64,000 nt of DNA, from positions 12,573 to 76,572 of the forward strand of contig CAINOB010000123.1 in NCBI GenBank assembly GCA_903851365.1. Reading direction: 5' to 3'. The stretch comes from an uncultured Bacteroidota bacterium. Its GTDB lineage: Bacteria > Bacteroidota > Bacteroidia > Bacteroidales > UBA12481. A program made the translations under genes and the position numbers. The notes beneath the pieces were generated by a model. That model was not told where the DNA came from. It was given only the letters and a program-made list of their open reading frames with translations, and ran no database searches. This document shows positions 18,424-29,800 of the stretch, piece after piece (within the stretch, counting starts at the first letter, position 1; each line of letters begins with the position of its first letter).

Positions 18424-19148
18424 CTCATTTCGTCTTTGTCTACGCAAAGTCCCCCGCTGTTTGGGAGGAATTGCACTACTCGATCCTGAGTATCCGGAAG
18501 TTCTTCCGGGGGGAATTTAAAATATTCGTCTATGGGGATGACCCCAAAGAAAAAGGAGTTGTCTGGATCAAGACTGACAAGATTCAATCGGAGAAGAATT
18601 CCAAGACCACGGATATCAACTATAAAATTCTCAGGATTGCCGGCAGTAAAGAGATTAACGAGGACTTTGTGTATATGTATGACGATATCATTCTGTTAAA
18701 ACCGTGTACGGAGGAAGACTTTAAACCTACAAGGGCCGTGGATTATGCTCCCAAACCGGGGATGTATTTCGGGCCAAATGCCAAACCCTCCCGGACCTGG
18801 ATCAACCAGTGGTTAAAAACTATGCTAACCCTGAAGCAATACCAACTCCCAACATGGAACTATGAGACCCATCTCCCGAGATGGTATAACAAAACTCGTA
18901 TCATGGAGATTATGGATCGATACCGGCCTGTGGATAACGTGCTGCTATTCGCTTCACTCTATTTCAATACTTACTGTTTGGCTCCGGATGAATCCCTGGA
19001 AAAGAATAAAAATATCAAAGCTGGCTTATATGATCCTCATGAAGCAGCATGGATACAGGCTAATGTTCCGGGGAAACTTTTTCTCAATTATGATAATGTA
19101 GGCCTGAACCAACATTTAAAAAACTTTATCAAGACTTTACTAAAATGA
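18420..19148 (+). CDS. Stealth-like / GT-A sugar-phosphotransferase-like protein
   Basis: EEL.YSI.SI.K, INEDFVYMYDDI, YETHLP. Confidence 0.65.
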   Translation: MTHFVFVYAKSPAVWEELHYSILSIRKFFRGEFKIFVYGDDPKEKGVVWIKTDKIQSEKNSKTTDINYKILRIAGSKEINEDFVYMYDDIILLKPCTEEDFKPTRAVDYAPKPGMYFGPNAKPSRTWINQWLKTMLTLKQYQLPTWNYETHLPRWYNKTRIMEIMDRYRPVDNVLLFASLYFNTYCLAPDESLEKNKNIKAGLYDPHEAAWIQANVPGKLFLNYDNVGLNQHLKNFIKTLLK

Positions 19149-20194
19149 AAACACCGAAGACCCCCGAAGAACTCGCCAAAATGGTTGAGATGGGCGTTTG
19201 GTTTAAGGATGTCCGGGAAACTCAAAGCATGAATATTTCTGAGTTTGCAAAGTTTATCGGCATCAAGGATCGGGAAGTGAGACCGATTGAAGAGGGTAAA
19301 TCAGAAATAGAACCCTTCGTTCTTAAAATCATTAAGCGAAGGACCGGCCGGGAGTTCGGGGAAAAACTTCCTGAATTCGTTCCGGATGCAGAAATAATGG
19401 ATATGACCGCTTCGCGCCCCATTGAGCAAACACCACCACATTACCCATCAGATAGACCACTAGTCAGGGTCAGGCCAGAAGCATTGGCAGCCAGGAAAAA
19501 AGTATTAAAGGAAAGAGCAAAAGAGGTACACCATCCACGGAAAGAGGAGGAACTAAAGAAAGTCAGCGAATGGCTAAAGGATGGAATGAAGTTAAGGGGC
19601 TTCTCGCATTCTGCATTGGCAGCAAAAGCGAACATTAAGGAGTCCACCATTCGAAGCCTGCTGTATTGCTACGCCAATATGAAGAGTGATGTCAGGCAAA
19701 AGATAATGAACGTCTTAATGATACCGGGCCCCAATGGCGAACCGCAGGCATACCCGAAAGGGTCAGTTGAGGAAATTGTGGACCCAATTCATGAGAAGCT
19801 ACCAGTGAAAGATAGTGGACCTGATACATTGTTGAATTCGGTCAACGCGGCAATAACAGAAAAGAATCCCCCGACGTTTGCCATGATAATTGATAAAATT
19901 ATTAAAAGAAGCGACGGGGTGATGCCGGTCATTGAGGAAGCCATAAAAAATTCCCAAATCACTTGCACTCCCTTATGTAATGAATTTCAGTTGTCGAAAG
20001 TAGTAGGTAAACGTCAATACCTAATTTTCCTTAAGGTATATCCCAAAACTAAAACATTCCGGATTGAATCATGGAAGCGAGGCAACGCATTCAATTTCTC
20101 GGCCAGCCGGGATATTACCTTGGGTTGTGCAGTGGCTGACCTGATTAAGGCAGCGGTTTTAAAGGCAGATGAAGAATTTTCACTAATACCATAA
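19145..20194 (+). CDS. Protein with two XRE-type HTH domains
   Basis: MNISEFAKFIGI..REVRPIEEG and FSHSALAAKANIKESTI. Confidence 0.7.
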   Translation: MKTPKTPEELAKMVEMGVWFKDVRETQSMNISEFAKFIGIKDREVRPIEEGKSEIEPFVLKIIKRRTGREFGEKLPEFVPDAEIMDMTASRPIEQTPPHYPSDRPLVRVRPEALAARKKVLKERAKEVHHPRKEEELKKVSEWLKDGMKLRGFSHSALAAKANIKESTIRSLLYCYANMKSDVRQKIMNVLMIPGPNGEPQAYPKGSVEEIVDPIHEKLPVKDSGPDTLLNSVNAAITEKNPPTFAMIIDKIIKRSDGVMPVIEEAIKNSQITCTPLCNEFQLSKVVGKRQYLIFLKVYPKTKTFRIESWKRGNAFNFSASRDITLGCAVADLIKAAVLKADEEFSLIP

Positions 20195-20198
20195 TCAA

Positions 20199-20864
20199 AT
20201 GACAAAGAATCAAATTATTGCGATTGCTATTATCTGCCATGAGGCAAATAAGGCTTACTGTGAATTCATTGGGGATCATTCGCAAAAGAATTGGTGTGAT
20301 GCCGAACAATGGCAGCGAGACTCCGCTATTAAGGGCGTAGAATTCAGGCTTGATAATCCGAATGCCGGAGATGACGCACAGCATAACTCCTGGATGAAGG
20401 AGAAGATTGATCAGGGTTGGGTGTACGGTCCAATAAAGGATGCTGAAAAGAAAACACACCCTTGTCTGGTTCCGTTTAACTCCCTCCCGGTCGAGCAGCA
20501 AATCAAGGATAGGCTGTTTTGCGCCATCGTTGATGCTCACATTACAAGGATAACCGTGACTTTCGGAGAGGCCGTAAAAGCCTTAAAACAGGGAAGGTTG
20601 ATCACTCGTGCCGGTTGGAATGGAAAGGGATTGTTTGTTTTCATGCAGGTTCCCTCTATGATTCCTTCTGACGTTGTTCCGAAAATGCAGTCTTTACCTC
20701 AATCGGTGAAGGATGAGTTTCAAAAAAGAACATCTGGCCCGGCCATGGCTCAAGCCATAAGATACAGTAATCAGCTGGCTATTGTTGATTTAACGAATGA
20801 AATAAAAGGATGGGCTCCGTCTGTATCGGACGCATTGGCTGAGGATTGGGTTGTACTGGACTAG
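20199..20864 (+). CDS. RyR-domain + DUF2829 fusion protein
   Basis: HNSWM..K...GWVYG..KD...KTHPCLVPF..LP; FGEAVKALK.G....R.GWNGKG; W.PS..D.LAEDW. Confidence 0.85.
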   Translation: MTKNQIIAIAIICHEANKAYCEFIGDHSQKNWCDAEQWQRDSAIKGVEFRLDNPNAGDDAQHNSWMKEKIDQGWVYGPIKDAEKKTHPCLVPFNSLPVEQQIKDRLFCAIVDAHITRITVTFGEAVKALKQGRLITRAGWNGKGLFVFMQVPSMIPSDVVPKMQSLPQSVKDEFQKRTSGPAMAQAIRYSNQLAIVDLTNEIKGWAPSVSDALAEDWVVLD

Positions 20865-20865
20865 C

Positions 20866-21078
20866 ATGAAACAACTAGTAATGAAAATCTTTGGGGGTCT
20901 CAAAATCTTTGGGGCCCCTATCCTATCCCGGTCGGAACGGTTGAAGGGTGCATTGTCAGACCCTGATATTCATCTTTTACTGATGATGGCCTATAATGAA
21001 GGCCGGGACGATGTGTTATTATGGCACACATGCAAAACAAAAGAATCATTAATTGAACTTCTGGAATCAGTAGTATGA
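20866..21078 (+). CDS. Hypothetical protein
   Basis: Small ORF overlapping the lysin start (ATGA). Confidence 0.45.
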   Translation: MKQLVMKIFGGLKIFGAPILSRSERLKGALSDPDIHLLLMMAYNEGRDDVLLWHTCKTKESLIELLESVV

Positions 21079-21623
21079 AACCATCCGACTTCGTAAAGCA
21101 ATTCTACCCCTTTGCCAGGGAGACCGAAACCAAAACCGGAATCTCTGCCCTGTTTATTCTTGCCCAGGCGGCTCATGAATCGGCGTATGGCAATGCTGCT
21201 CCTGGATTTATGTTCTTCGGAAAAAAAGATTTTGACGGGATTAATGGGAATGAACAACTCCTCAGGACCACGGAATACAGCCAAAGGATGGACTTAAAGT
21301 TTCCCGAGATCATTTCTATCACTCCATGTGTAAGAAACGGATTACCCTATTATAAGTACGTTGTGAGGGATTATTTCAGGAAGTATAATACCCCCGAAGA
21401 ATCCTTTACTGACCATGCACAGTTTTTCTTCAAAAACAAGCGGTACGTAGATTCACTTCTGGTTAAAGAAGATCCCCGGGAGTTTGCCCGAAGAATTGCT
21501 GCAGATGGCTACGCTACGGACCCCAACTATGCAACGTTGTTGATTTCCATGATTGACAAAATAGAGACATTGGTCCCCAAAGAGGTTATCAATGCAGGAA
21601 GTAGCGTGGGGTACCAGGGATGA
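21075..21623 (+). CDS. Endolysin, GH73 glucosaminidase (FlgJ-like)
   Basis: ILAQAAHES.YG, FFG.K, FRKY.T.EESF.DH, GYATDPNY. Confidence 0.92.
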   Translation: MKPSDFVKQFYPFARETETKTGISALFILAQAAHESAYGNAAPGFMFFGKKDFDGINGNEQLLRTTEYSQRMDLKFPEIISITPCVRNGLPYYKYVVRDYFRKYNTPEESFTDHAQFFFKNKRYVDSLLVKEDPREFARRIAADGYATDPNYATLLISMIDKIETLVPKEVINAGSSVGYQG

Positions 21624-21808
21624 ACGATATAAAATCAATCACAACCCAAATGGAAGAAAGCATTCAGAAGGTTGTCGAAGAAATTATAGACACTTTAACC
21701 TATGTAAATATGAGGTCCGGATGGAATATCCCCCGAAAGATTGGGAAACCTCGTAAAGGATTTGGACCCAAGAAAACAATGAGAGTCAGAAACATTTGCA
21801 AATCATAA
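21620..21808 (+). CDS. Hypothetical small protein
   Basis: ATGA overlap with the lysin; ends before the terminator. Confidence 0.5.
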   Translation: MNDIKSITTQMEESIQKVVEEIIDTLTYVNMRSGWNIPRKIGKPRKGFGPKKTMRVRNICKS

Positions 21809-21812
21809 ACAT

Positions 21813-21843
21813 GAGGCTGCCCACCAAGACAGCCTCTTTTTTT
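21813..21843 (+). terminator. Rho-independent terminator between convergent blocks
   Basis: GAGGCTG-loop-CAGCCTC followed by T7. Confidence 0.8.
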
Positions 21844-23830
21844 ATGCAAAGACTTTCGGCCCGGCCTGCGGTTGCTGTAATCCTTTCTGCATCTCCAGGG
21901 GAAGACTAGCCATCGGGTTATTAGGATCCACTCCGGCAGCCTGTGCCTGTGACATTAATTCTTCCCGCTTCTTATTCAGGTCATCGAGAATCTTATCGGC
22001 AAACGGCAAGGAAGAATTCTTTAAGAAGATTTCTCCATCGATAACCTGTTTGTCTAAGAGTTGCATTAAAGTGTCATCAATCATCTGCCGGTAGACAGGA
22101 GTATCTGCAGAAGAAGATATATTGGCGAAAAAGGCGACGTCCTTCACCGCTTCCGGATCGTAATACTTCGCTTCCTCCGAATAAGCATGACCGGATACTC
22201 CCAGATAAATCTTCTCGGTATAGAATTGAAGTATCGTTTGAAGAGCTTTATTGTCCCGTCTTTTAATCCACGAGGCGTAACTTTCGATCACATCCCGGTT
22301 GTTTAGTGAGCTATTCTGTGCCTCCATGGCATACCGGGAAGCAGGGGTACCAGAAGTTGCGGTCTGTCCCTGCATAGCCTGGTTAACTCCCGTAAGTTGA
22401 TTGGCTAGTTGCATCTGCATGGCGATCATTTCGGAAGCCCCTATACTTCGGGAATTGGAAGATATGACTGAAGGTTCAGGAATCCCAACTTTTCCTTTAT
22501 AGACAATAACACCTCCCACCTTGGTATACGCATCTGCAAAATCTTCCGGCTTCATATTTTCCGGGACAGTACTTTCTTCAATTAACAAAGTATCCTTGAT
22601 TGAGGTCCCGATAAGGTAGTCAAGCATGGACATGTTTCGGTTGATGTATCGCTGTTGATCAATCACATCTTCATGTATCCCCCAGACTTCTCCGTCGAGT
22701 AAAGGATAAAATCCAAAAACGTAAGGGTGGGACTGATGAAAGTACGGGGTTTCCCCTTCGAACAAACATTTCCCATTTGGAGTCAGATATTTTACAAACC
22801 AAAACTGTTCATACCGTTTTTCAATTTCCATACCCACAACTTCTTCCGTTGGGATTCCCGATACGGCCCCTTGAACAATCCGATTTTCCATCTCCGCTTT
22901 AAGCTGGGGTTCATCTTTTAAAGGATAGAATTTGTAAGTCCCTGTGGCATAGTCGTGGACCCAGAGTCTCCATTCACTTTTTAAAAACCATACCTCGAAC
23001 ATTCTGCATTTACCTTCGTTGGCATAGTAGAAGTTAGTAGCATCCACCGCCTTCGCTGACAATGCATCCTGACGAACGGTATTGTAACCTCTTTGCACCT
23101 GGTATTCCTCTTTGATCCATTCCTCATCTGCCTTACTTCTTGCGAAAGTGGAGACGAGTATATCATAATCGGTGTCAATAATCTCTCCGGCCAGGTTCAG
23201 GTCACGGGTGCGAATATCGAGTATCTCAGTATTAAAGAATGTCCGGTTGACGTTGACGTTCTCCAGTAAAAGATCGTTTCTATCCAACTCCTTCCAATAG
23301 GAGAAGCCCACTTTCCCCACTACCATACCCGAAAGCAGGTGTTCGTGGAATTGCTGGGCATCCAGTTCCTTTGATTCATTCAAATCCTTAGCTGCCTGCA
23401 AAGCGTTGGTCATCATCTCCGAGAGGGTGGCATCTTCACGGGTTCTGGAGTTAACCACACTCTTAACGGGATTGGATCGATATTGTCCCAAGAGGTTTTT
23501 CACCAGCTGCCGGATAACATTCTGTTTTAATGGAAGACGATTCTGCGAGAGAATAATATCCTCCTCAGTGGTGAGTTTCCCGTCTTCATCCACGGCCTCT
23601 TCGAACCACTGATCTCCCCGTTCATACTTTCGGGACCGTTGTCTCCGGGTACGGAAGTCTGACAGTGAGGACCAATACATCTGGCAAAGATCCAGAAGTT
23701 TCATATTCTCCTGAATATTCTCCTCAGTATTCAGTCTGGAAATCGCACCACCTGTGCTTCGTTTCTGCCCCCGTTGTGGCATCAGGTAGGAGGCGGAATA
23801 CAAATTCTTGTCAATTGCTTTAGTGGTCAT
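21842..23830 (-). CDS. Portal protein (P22-like)
   Basis: Y.RGDQW, LKQNVIRQLV..LLGQ, HPYV, D.IDQQRYINR, LTGVNQAMQG. Confidence 0.9.
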   Translation of the reverse strand: MTTKAIDKNLYSASYLMPQRGQKRSTGGAISRLNTEENIQENMKLLDLCQMYWSSLSDFRTRRQRSRKYERGDQWFEEAVDEDGKLTTEEDIILSQNRLPLKQNVIRQLVKNLLGQYRSNPVKSVVNSRTREDATLSEMMTNALQAAKDLNESKELDAQQFHEHLLSGMVVGKVGFSYWKELDRNDLLLENVNVNRTFFNTEILDIRTRDLNLAGEIIDTDYDILVSTFARSKADEEWIKEEYQVQRGYNTVRQDALSAKAVDATNFYYANEGKCRMFEVWFLKSEWRLWVHDYATGTYKFYPLKDEPQLKAEMENRIVQGAVSGIPTEEVVGMEIEKRYEQFWFVKYLTPNGKCLFEGETPYFHQSHPYVFGFYPLLDGEVWGIHEDVIDQQRYINRNMSMLDYLIGTSIKDTLLIEESTVPENMKPEDFADAYTKVGGVIVYKGKVGIPEPSVISSNSRSIGASEMIAMQMQLANQLTGVNQAMQGQTATSGTPASRYAMEAQNSSLNNRDVIESYASWIKRRDNKALQTILQFYTEKIYLGVSGHAYSEEAKYYDPEAVKDVAFFANISSSADTPVYRQMIDDTLMQLLDKQVIDGEIFLKNSSLPFADKILDDLNKKREELMSQAQAAGVDPNNPMASLPLEMQKGLQQPQAGPKVFA

Positions 23831-26800
23831 TATCGTGAGTTTTTCAATTCGTTATACATTGCATTCACATCGTCCCTCTCGGCTGTTGACAAAGACTTAT
23901 CTTTTCTTTTGTTCTCCATTTTGGTCTTTACGATGTTATAGAGTTGCTTTCTTTCATCAGGCATAGCCATCTTATATATGTGCCAAGCCTCATCATAACT
24001 GAAATGCTTAACGGTACTCTGGAGTCCGGTTAGCATATAATTCTCCTTTAAGTCATCATGCTCTTCCTTTGAAATCACATGGGTTCTCAACTCTTGATTT
24101 ATACGACCAAAATTTCCACCGGTTGCCCTTAATTCTATTGCTAATTCCCGCTTATGATCAGAACGTTCCTTTTGTTCAGTGGTACGACCACCGACCGGAA
24201 GTTTTCTGGCCATCATTTCATAAGCCCTCTTTTCTGCCCTGGACATATTCAGGTCATAAGGAGCCGGGGTGATACCCACAAAGGGCAGTATTTTATCCAG
24301 TGTGGATTTCCCAACCGATTTTTGAGCATTCCGGATACCAAAGGGGATTAACTGGGTACCCAGATATTTAATTACTTCGAGGCCTTTTTGGTAAAACGGA
24401 TCGTCTTCATTAAAAATCTTAACCCCGTAAAAATCTTTATTGTTTTTCATTTGGACCACAATACTATTCACCGGAGAAAGTTTATTCTTAATTGTTCCGA
24501 TAAAATTAGTCCCATAATGATATAGATCTTTCACGTAGGTAGGAAGAGAAGATCTTTCCCAGTCCCCGCTAGAGGTTATTCTTCCCGTTTTTGGGAAAAA
24601 ATAGTCTTTAAATTCATCTGGCCCTTTTCCTGTGCGAATGAATTGTAGGAGAGCATTATACAACATGGTAATCCCAAACAAGGAAATCACATAGGCAATC
24701 TTATGGGTATTCTCCGACCTCTTCCCGCTCATGGTATCTTTTAAAACCCCGAACAATTCCTTGGGGGCCCCTCCGACTTCACGGATTGTTCCCAGGTTCC
24801 AACCTACCGAACGAACCGAGGCCATGGCAACATCTTTGAAAACCTTATTCCAGAACAGGTTGTCATAAACCAATTGACCCATCCGATTGTCCACGCTATT
24901 CCACGCATATTGCAGGGCAGCCCTTCTTTCCTCTATTGTGGCATCTGGATGAACTTCCATTTCATACCGTGCCATATCCATGAACACTCCTAGTTTTTGG
25001 CGGGGAACAATGTATCCAAGAATGGGTTTAGATGTCAATTCGATCAGTTTTAACGGGAATTGCCATGCGGCTCTTATATATCTTCTGTTTTTTATGTGGT
25101 CGTGAAGTTTATCACCAAATTTCTGGGCGTAAAAGTCATCCATCTGGGCTCTTCCCCCGGCTAATTCCATATATTCAGCGATAAGTTGTAACTCCGGGGT
25201 GGCGGGGTTGCCGTACCATGCCTTCATCAACTTGTCTCCCTGAATAAAATTAGTAACCGGAGCAGCCGGGGTGATTGCAAAATGCTTCAATGCGGATCCG
25301 ATCTTTCCCTGGTACATATATTCAAGACCCAGTGCGAATTTGGATATCGAAGCATCCATAGAGGTAAATCCAAGGTGAAAGGCTGATAATCCTAATTGTA
25401 CTTGGGTGATCGTATTCCCCAATCCCCTGTAAATATCATAGAGTTGATTACCTCTTAATCCTTTCGACAGGAAGTTATTGAGTATTGTCGCAGCGTTCTC
25501 CTGTGCGTAATAGTGCCCGACAATCTGCAATCCGTCATCGGTCTTGATTTGGACGGTACTTACTTTGTCATCGATCTTAACAAAACCTTCAGGTCTGTCC
25601 TTCCCTACCCTTACATACTTGACATACCCGGCTTCTTTTAATTCATTAATTGTCCGGTGAGCCATGACATACTGCTCCATCTCCCTGATCTTCGACAAAG
25701 CGGCTTCGACCGGGTTCCATGTTATCGGGATTAACCCTTTGTCCACCCCTTCTTTGGTAGTCGGAACGGTTCTCTGCTTCAGGAATGCTTTACTTCCTTC
25801 CAATGGTCGCTTACCCGAGAATAAAACCTGTCCGGCTTTCTTTGGGTCCTCCCAGGCATGAGGGAAATAGTTTTCAATGTAACTATCCAGTTTGCCGGTT
25901 CCAAGCTCCCTGACTTTCTCTCTCGAAGTATCCAAGCCCTCCCGTAGTGCATCGGAATAGTTCTGAAGATCAATATTATCCTGCGGAATCCCACGTTCCA
26001 TATTATCGATGAAGGTCAGACTTTCGTCTTTGGTCATCTTGTCGAACTCTATCTTAGCCTCCTTCAGTCGTGCAGCCATCAGGTCCATTGTCCGTGCCTG
26101 GTGTCCCAGATTCTCGCGCATGACCTGAGACGCCATCTTGCCCCCTCCTCCTCTGGTGTAAGGAATCAAAGTGTTGAGCAGGGACTCCCGGAACTTATCA
26201 TAGAATTCCGTGGATTCTGTTACTCCGGGAACATGAGAAATTTTGTCGTTGAATCCGATTTTATCTCCGGCAAATTTATATGCCTTAGATTCATTCTCCT
26301 TACTTGACCATTGTTGGTTTCGCGGAACAATTTCCGTATCAGATATAAGTGTTTTCCCGCGTTCCTCGTCGGTCATCCGGTCCCGTACCTCAGTATTGTA
26401 GGCTTCCACCTCACCAGAACTATGGAAATAAGCAATTATCTTACGACCCTTTTCAATAACTTCCGGATTATTTTCCGAGATCCCCTTATCCAAATCAGGA
26501 TGGTATTTTCTCCAATTTGGACTAAATCTGTCCAGATTATCAATTATTTCCTGGGTAGAAAGATCTTTGAATCGAGATAAAGCCAATTCAGGTATACTAT
26601 TGTAATTAGCCCCGGATTCAAACCCTTCAATGTCCTGTATAAAATGTTGAAGTTCGTGGAGTAATCCAATCCTTAAAACCGGATACAGGTTGCTTTTTTG
26701 TGAAAGTCCTTCGGCATTTTCCCCTTTTGCAAAGGTTTGATTGACGTAGATTTTACCGTCGTAGTAAGAACATTGTTCTCCTTCGTCGGCTCCGTTGTGG

Positions 26801-29800
26801 ATGTAGACTTCGGCTTGTCTGAGTTCGTTGTATTCATTGAATCCATCCCAATTATTGTCTATTAAATCAACTAATTTATAGGTAACGTATTCCTCCGAAG
26901 GTATGGGATCTTTCAATACATAATCCCATGCATCGGTATTTAGTTTAAAACTTTTGTCATTACGGTCCGACCTCCAACGGCCATCAATCCCCCGCTGCAT
27001 ACCCGTTTCTTTGTATATCTTTAAGGCGGTATCATGATTTTCGGGAATGGAAAGATCTTTCCAATAACCTATTTTGGGGTCAGTCTTTTTCTCAACTTCT
27101 TCGGCTTTCACCTCACGGTCTGTTAATTCGGGTACCTTACCGTGACCAACCGGACCGCTGAAACGGAACATTTTAACATTGTCTCCCTCCTCTTTGGTCT
27201 CAATGGTATTAAAAAAGGTATCGAATGCCTCGTTAATTGCAGGAGTTTCCTCTTTGAATGGATATGGATAGGATTCCATGTTCAATCCCGATTCTCCCAT
27301 CCACTCAGTCCACGCCTTGAAATTGGCGAGATAATCGTTTTGCTCGCCTGTACGTCCAAGTTTTTCAATTACATAGTTCTCAAAAGATCGTGCCGACAAT
27401 TCAGTTGGTTTGGTCCAGTAAACATCACTACGGGAACTATCTAGAATCTTTCCCCTTCCGGGTAGGCCTGATTTGTTGATCGCATCCATTACTCCCTTAA
27501 AAGCATCGACCATCTCTGTTCTTATTCTCTCGTCGGGTACAACTACTCCATCCTTCATTACCACCTTCTGCCGTGGTTTTTCGGTCAACATGTTAAGTTT
27601 TTCCCCTCTCTTCCGGGAGAAATAGTTATCAAGTGCATGCCACCATTCATGGGCCAGGCTTCCCGCACCTCTTGTCTTGGTCAGATTGATGACTATTTTA
27701 TCCGGTTCGTAATGGGCTGAGAATTTTCCACTCCCTCTGGCACCAAACGCGATGCCTAATTCACCACCTAATGAAATGGCCTTGGATGGTATTCCTATTG
27801 CATTGGATAGGTCCATAAGGGCATCATAGGCATCATTCAGGGATGTTTGACGTTCTGCATTATCTACCCAATTTCCGAATTGAGTTCCGCGAAATCCAAA
27901 CGTATCGGAAAATACTTCGGGCGTTACATCCTTTCCTTTGCGGTAATCCGCTCCAACCCGATCCCTGTTGGTATCCCGGCGTTCATTGATAGCAACCTTC
28001 TTGCTATTCCAGAGTTCCTGGAGTTGTGCGTCCTGATCTTTTAAGAATTGGAATGCCTCTTTTGAGGATTCGATATTTTCCACCAAGCGGTTAACTCCGG
28101 TGGCCGTTTTCTTACCAATGAAGAATTTTTTCGTGTTACGGTCCTGATATACACTTAGTTTTACTCCCTGGGATTTATCCTTATTGTTTGCAATGATTGA
28201 TTGCAAACGGTCGGCAGCTTCCTGTACGGTCTTATGGTCAGAGATAATCGTATGTCCTTTGACTATACTCACCCGTTCACCGTCTTTCATGTGAAACTTT
28301 TTAATCTCAAAGGAGCCTAAATTGATATCCTCTTTAGGGAATCCGAGTGCTTTCTGCACTTCCTCGAACCAGGATAATTGATTGGCAAGATCAGAAGACT
28401 TAACTTCTTTTATCTTATCTATTAACCGCTTACCGTTCTCTTTATTCTCCAGCAATTCCTTAAATACATCAATACCATGCTGAACAGTACCTACCCATCG
28501 TTTAACCTTGTGGGTTGATCTCGGTTTCGGAGGGATAACATCGTAAAAGAATTTCAGAATCATCGCTCCGTCTTCAGTGAGAGTGCCGTCATTAACCATC
28601 TTAACAAAGTCTGGCCGTGGGAATGACTTGGAAAGGGGTTGACTAATCAGGTCATTCTCGGTGACTTTCTGTAATCGCTTGTACGTATCTTTCTTCGCAC
28701 CCTCTATCTTTTCTCCAAAGTCCGTGATTTTCTCACCAGGTTTATCGGGAATATTCAGTACATCTCCTGCAAACTTCGGTTTAACGGGTGTTGCTTCTTC
28801 GGGTTTTACCGGCTGTTCCATCTTCATCTGGCCGGCAGCTTCATCAGCCGCACGTTCTTTACCGGACTCCAATCGTTTTATATCTTCCTCCAATACCCTG
28901 ATCTGACCGTCATAGTCGGCTAATGCTTTCTTGACATTCTCGCGGGAAGCATTAAACTCGGTATCGAATAGAACGGCCCCCACGGGTTTAGTATCTCCGA
29001 AGAGTCCATTACGGTTGCTTAATTCTGCTGATTTCTTTTCCCTGGCCGTGCGGATGTTGGCCAGTTGATTCTTTTTGTCCGCAATTTCGGAATCGATCTT
29101 CTGGATAGCGAGATCACGCTCTGAGGGTTGGGTGTCCTCAGTCGGTACAACAGGGTTTATTTCTCCAGGGACTTCTCTTTTTCCTTGGCTTCCTGATTTT
29201 TCTCCCACTCCCGGGACTTCTTCACTAATTCCGAGATCTTTTCCATGGCTCTCATCTTTTGGAGCGTTGGAATCCCGGGCTTCGAGGTAGGCTTTAATTC
29301 TTTCATAATCTTTATCTTCATAAGGGAATCCTGTAAATAAATCTTCTTTCAGGGCCTTAAGGTCAGTAATTGTATTAATGCCGTTTTCATTAATGATCTC
29401 GGCGTGCTTCTGATCAATGGACGGGAAAGCCTGATTTTCTTCATTATCCAGGTTCTCAGATACAAATTTATGTTGTTTTATATCACTCCCGGTAACTTGT
29501 TTATATCTTTTTGCAAGGGCATTCTGCAGGTCGGTTGTCTTACGTATAGATTTATTAGGGTGATCCAGAATGAAGTCTACAATCATCTGCGGAGTCACTT
29601 CAGTACCGTGGATATCACTCAATTCCTGTGCGATCCCATCGATATCATTTTCCCGGTCATTTTTGGCATCGATCCAGTTGATGGCAATATTACGCCCAAT
29701 CTGATTATTATCTCCGAAACGAGCAAAGGAGCGGGCCGAAACCTTTGATTTCAGTAAGTCTTTTTGCCACTCCGGAAGGTTTGTTTCTGGAATATTCAAT

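Noticed and set aside
20866-21808. Holin/spanin next to the endolysin
   Set aside because: The flanking small ORFs lack TM helices or lipoboxes; the lysis partners are probably outside the window.
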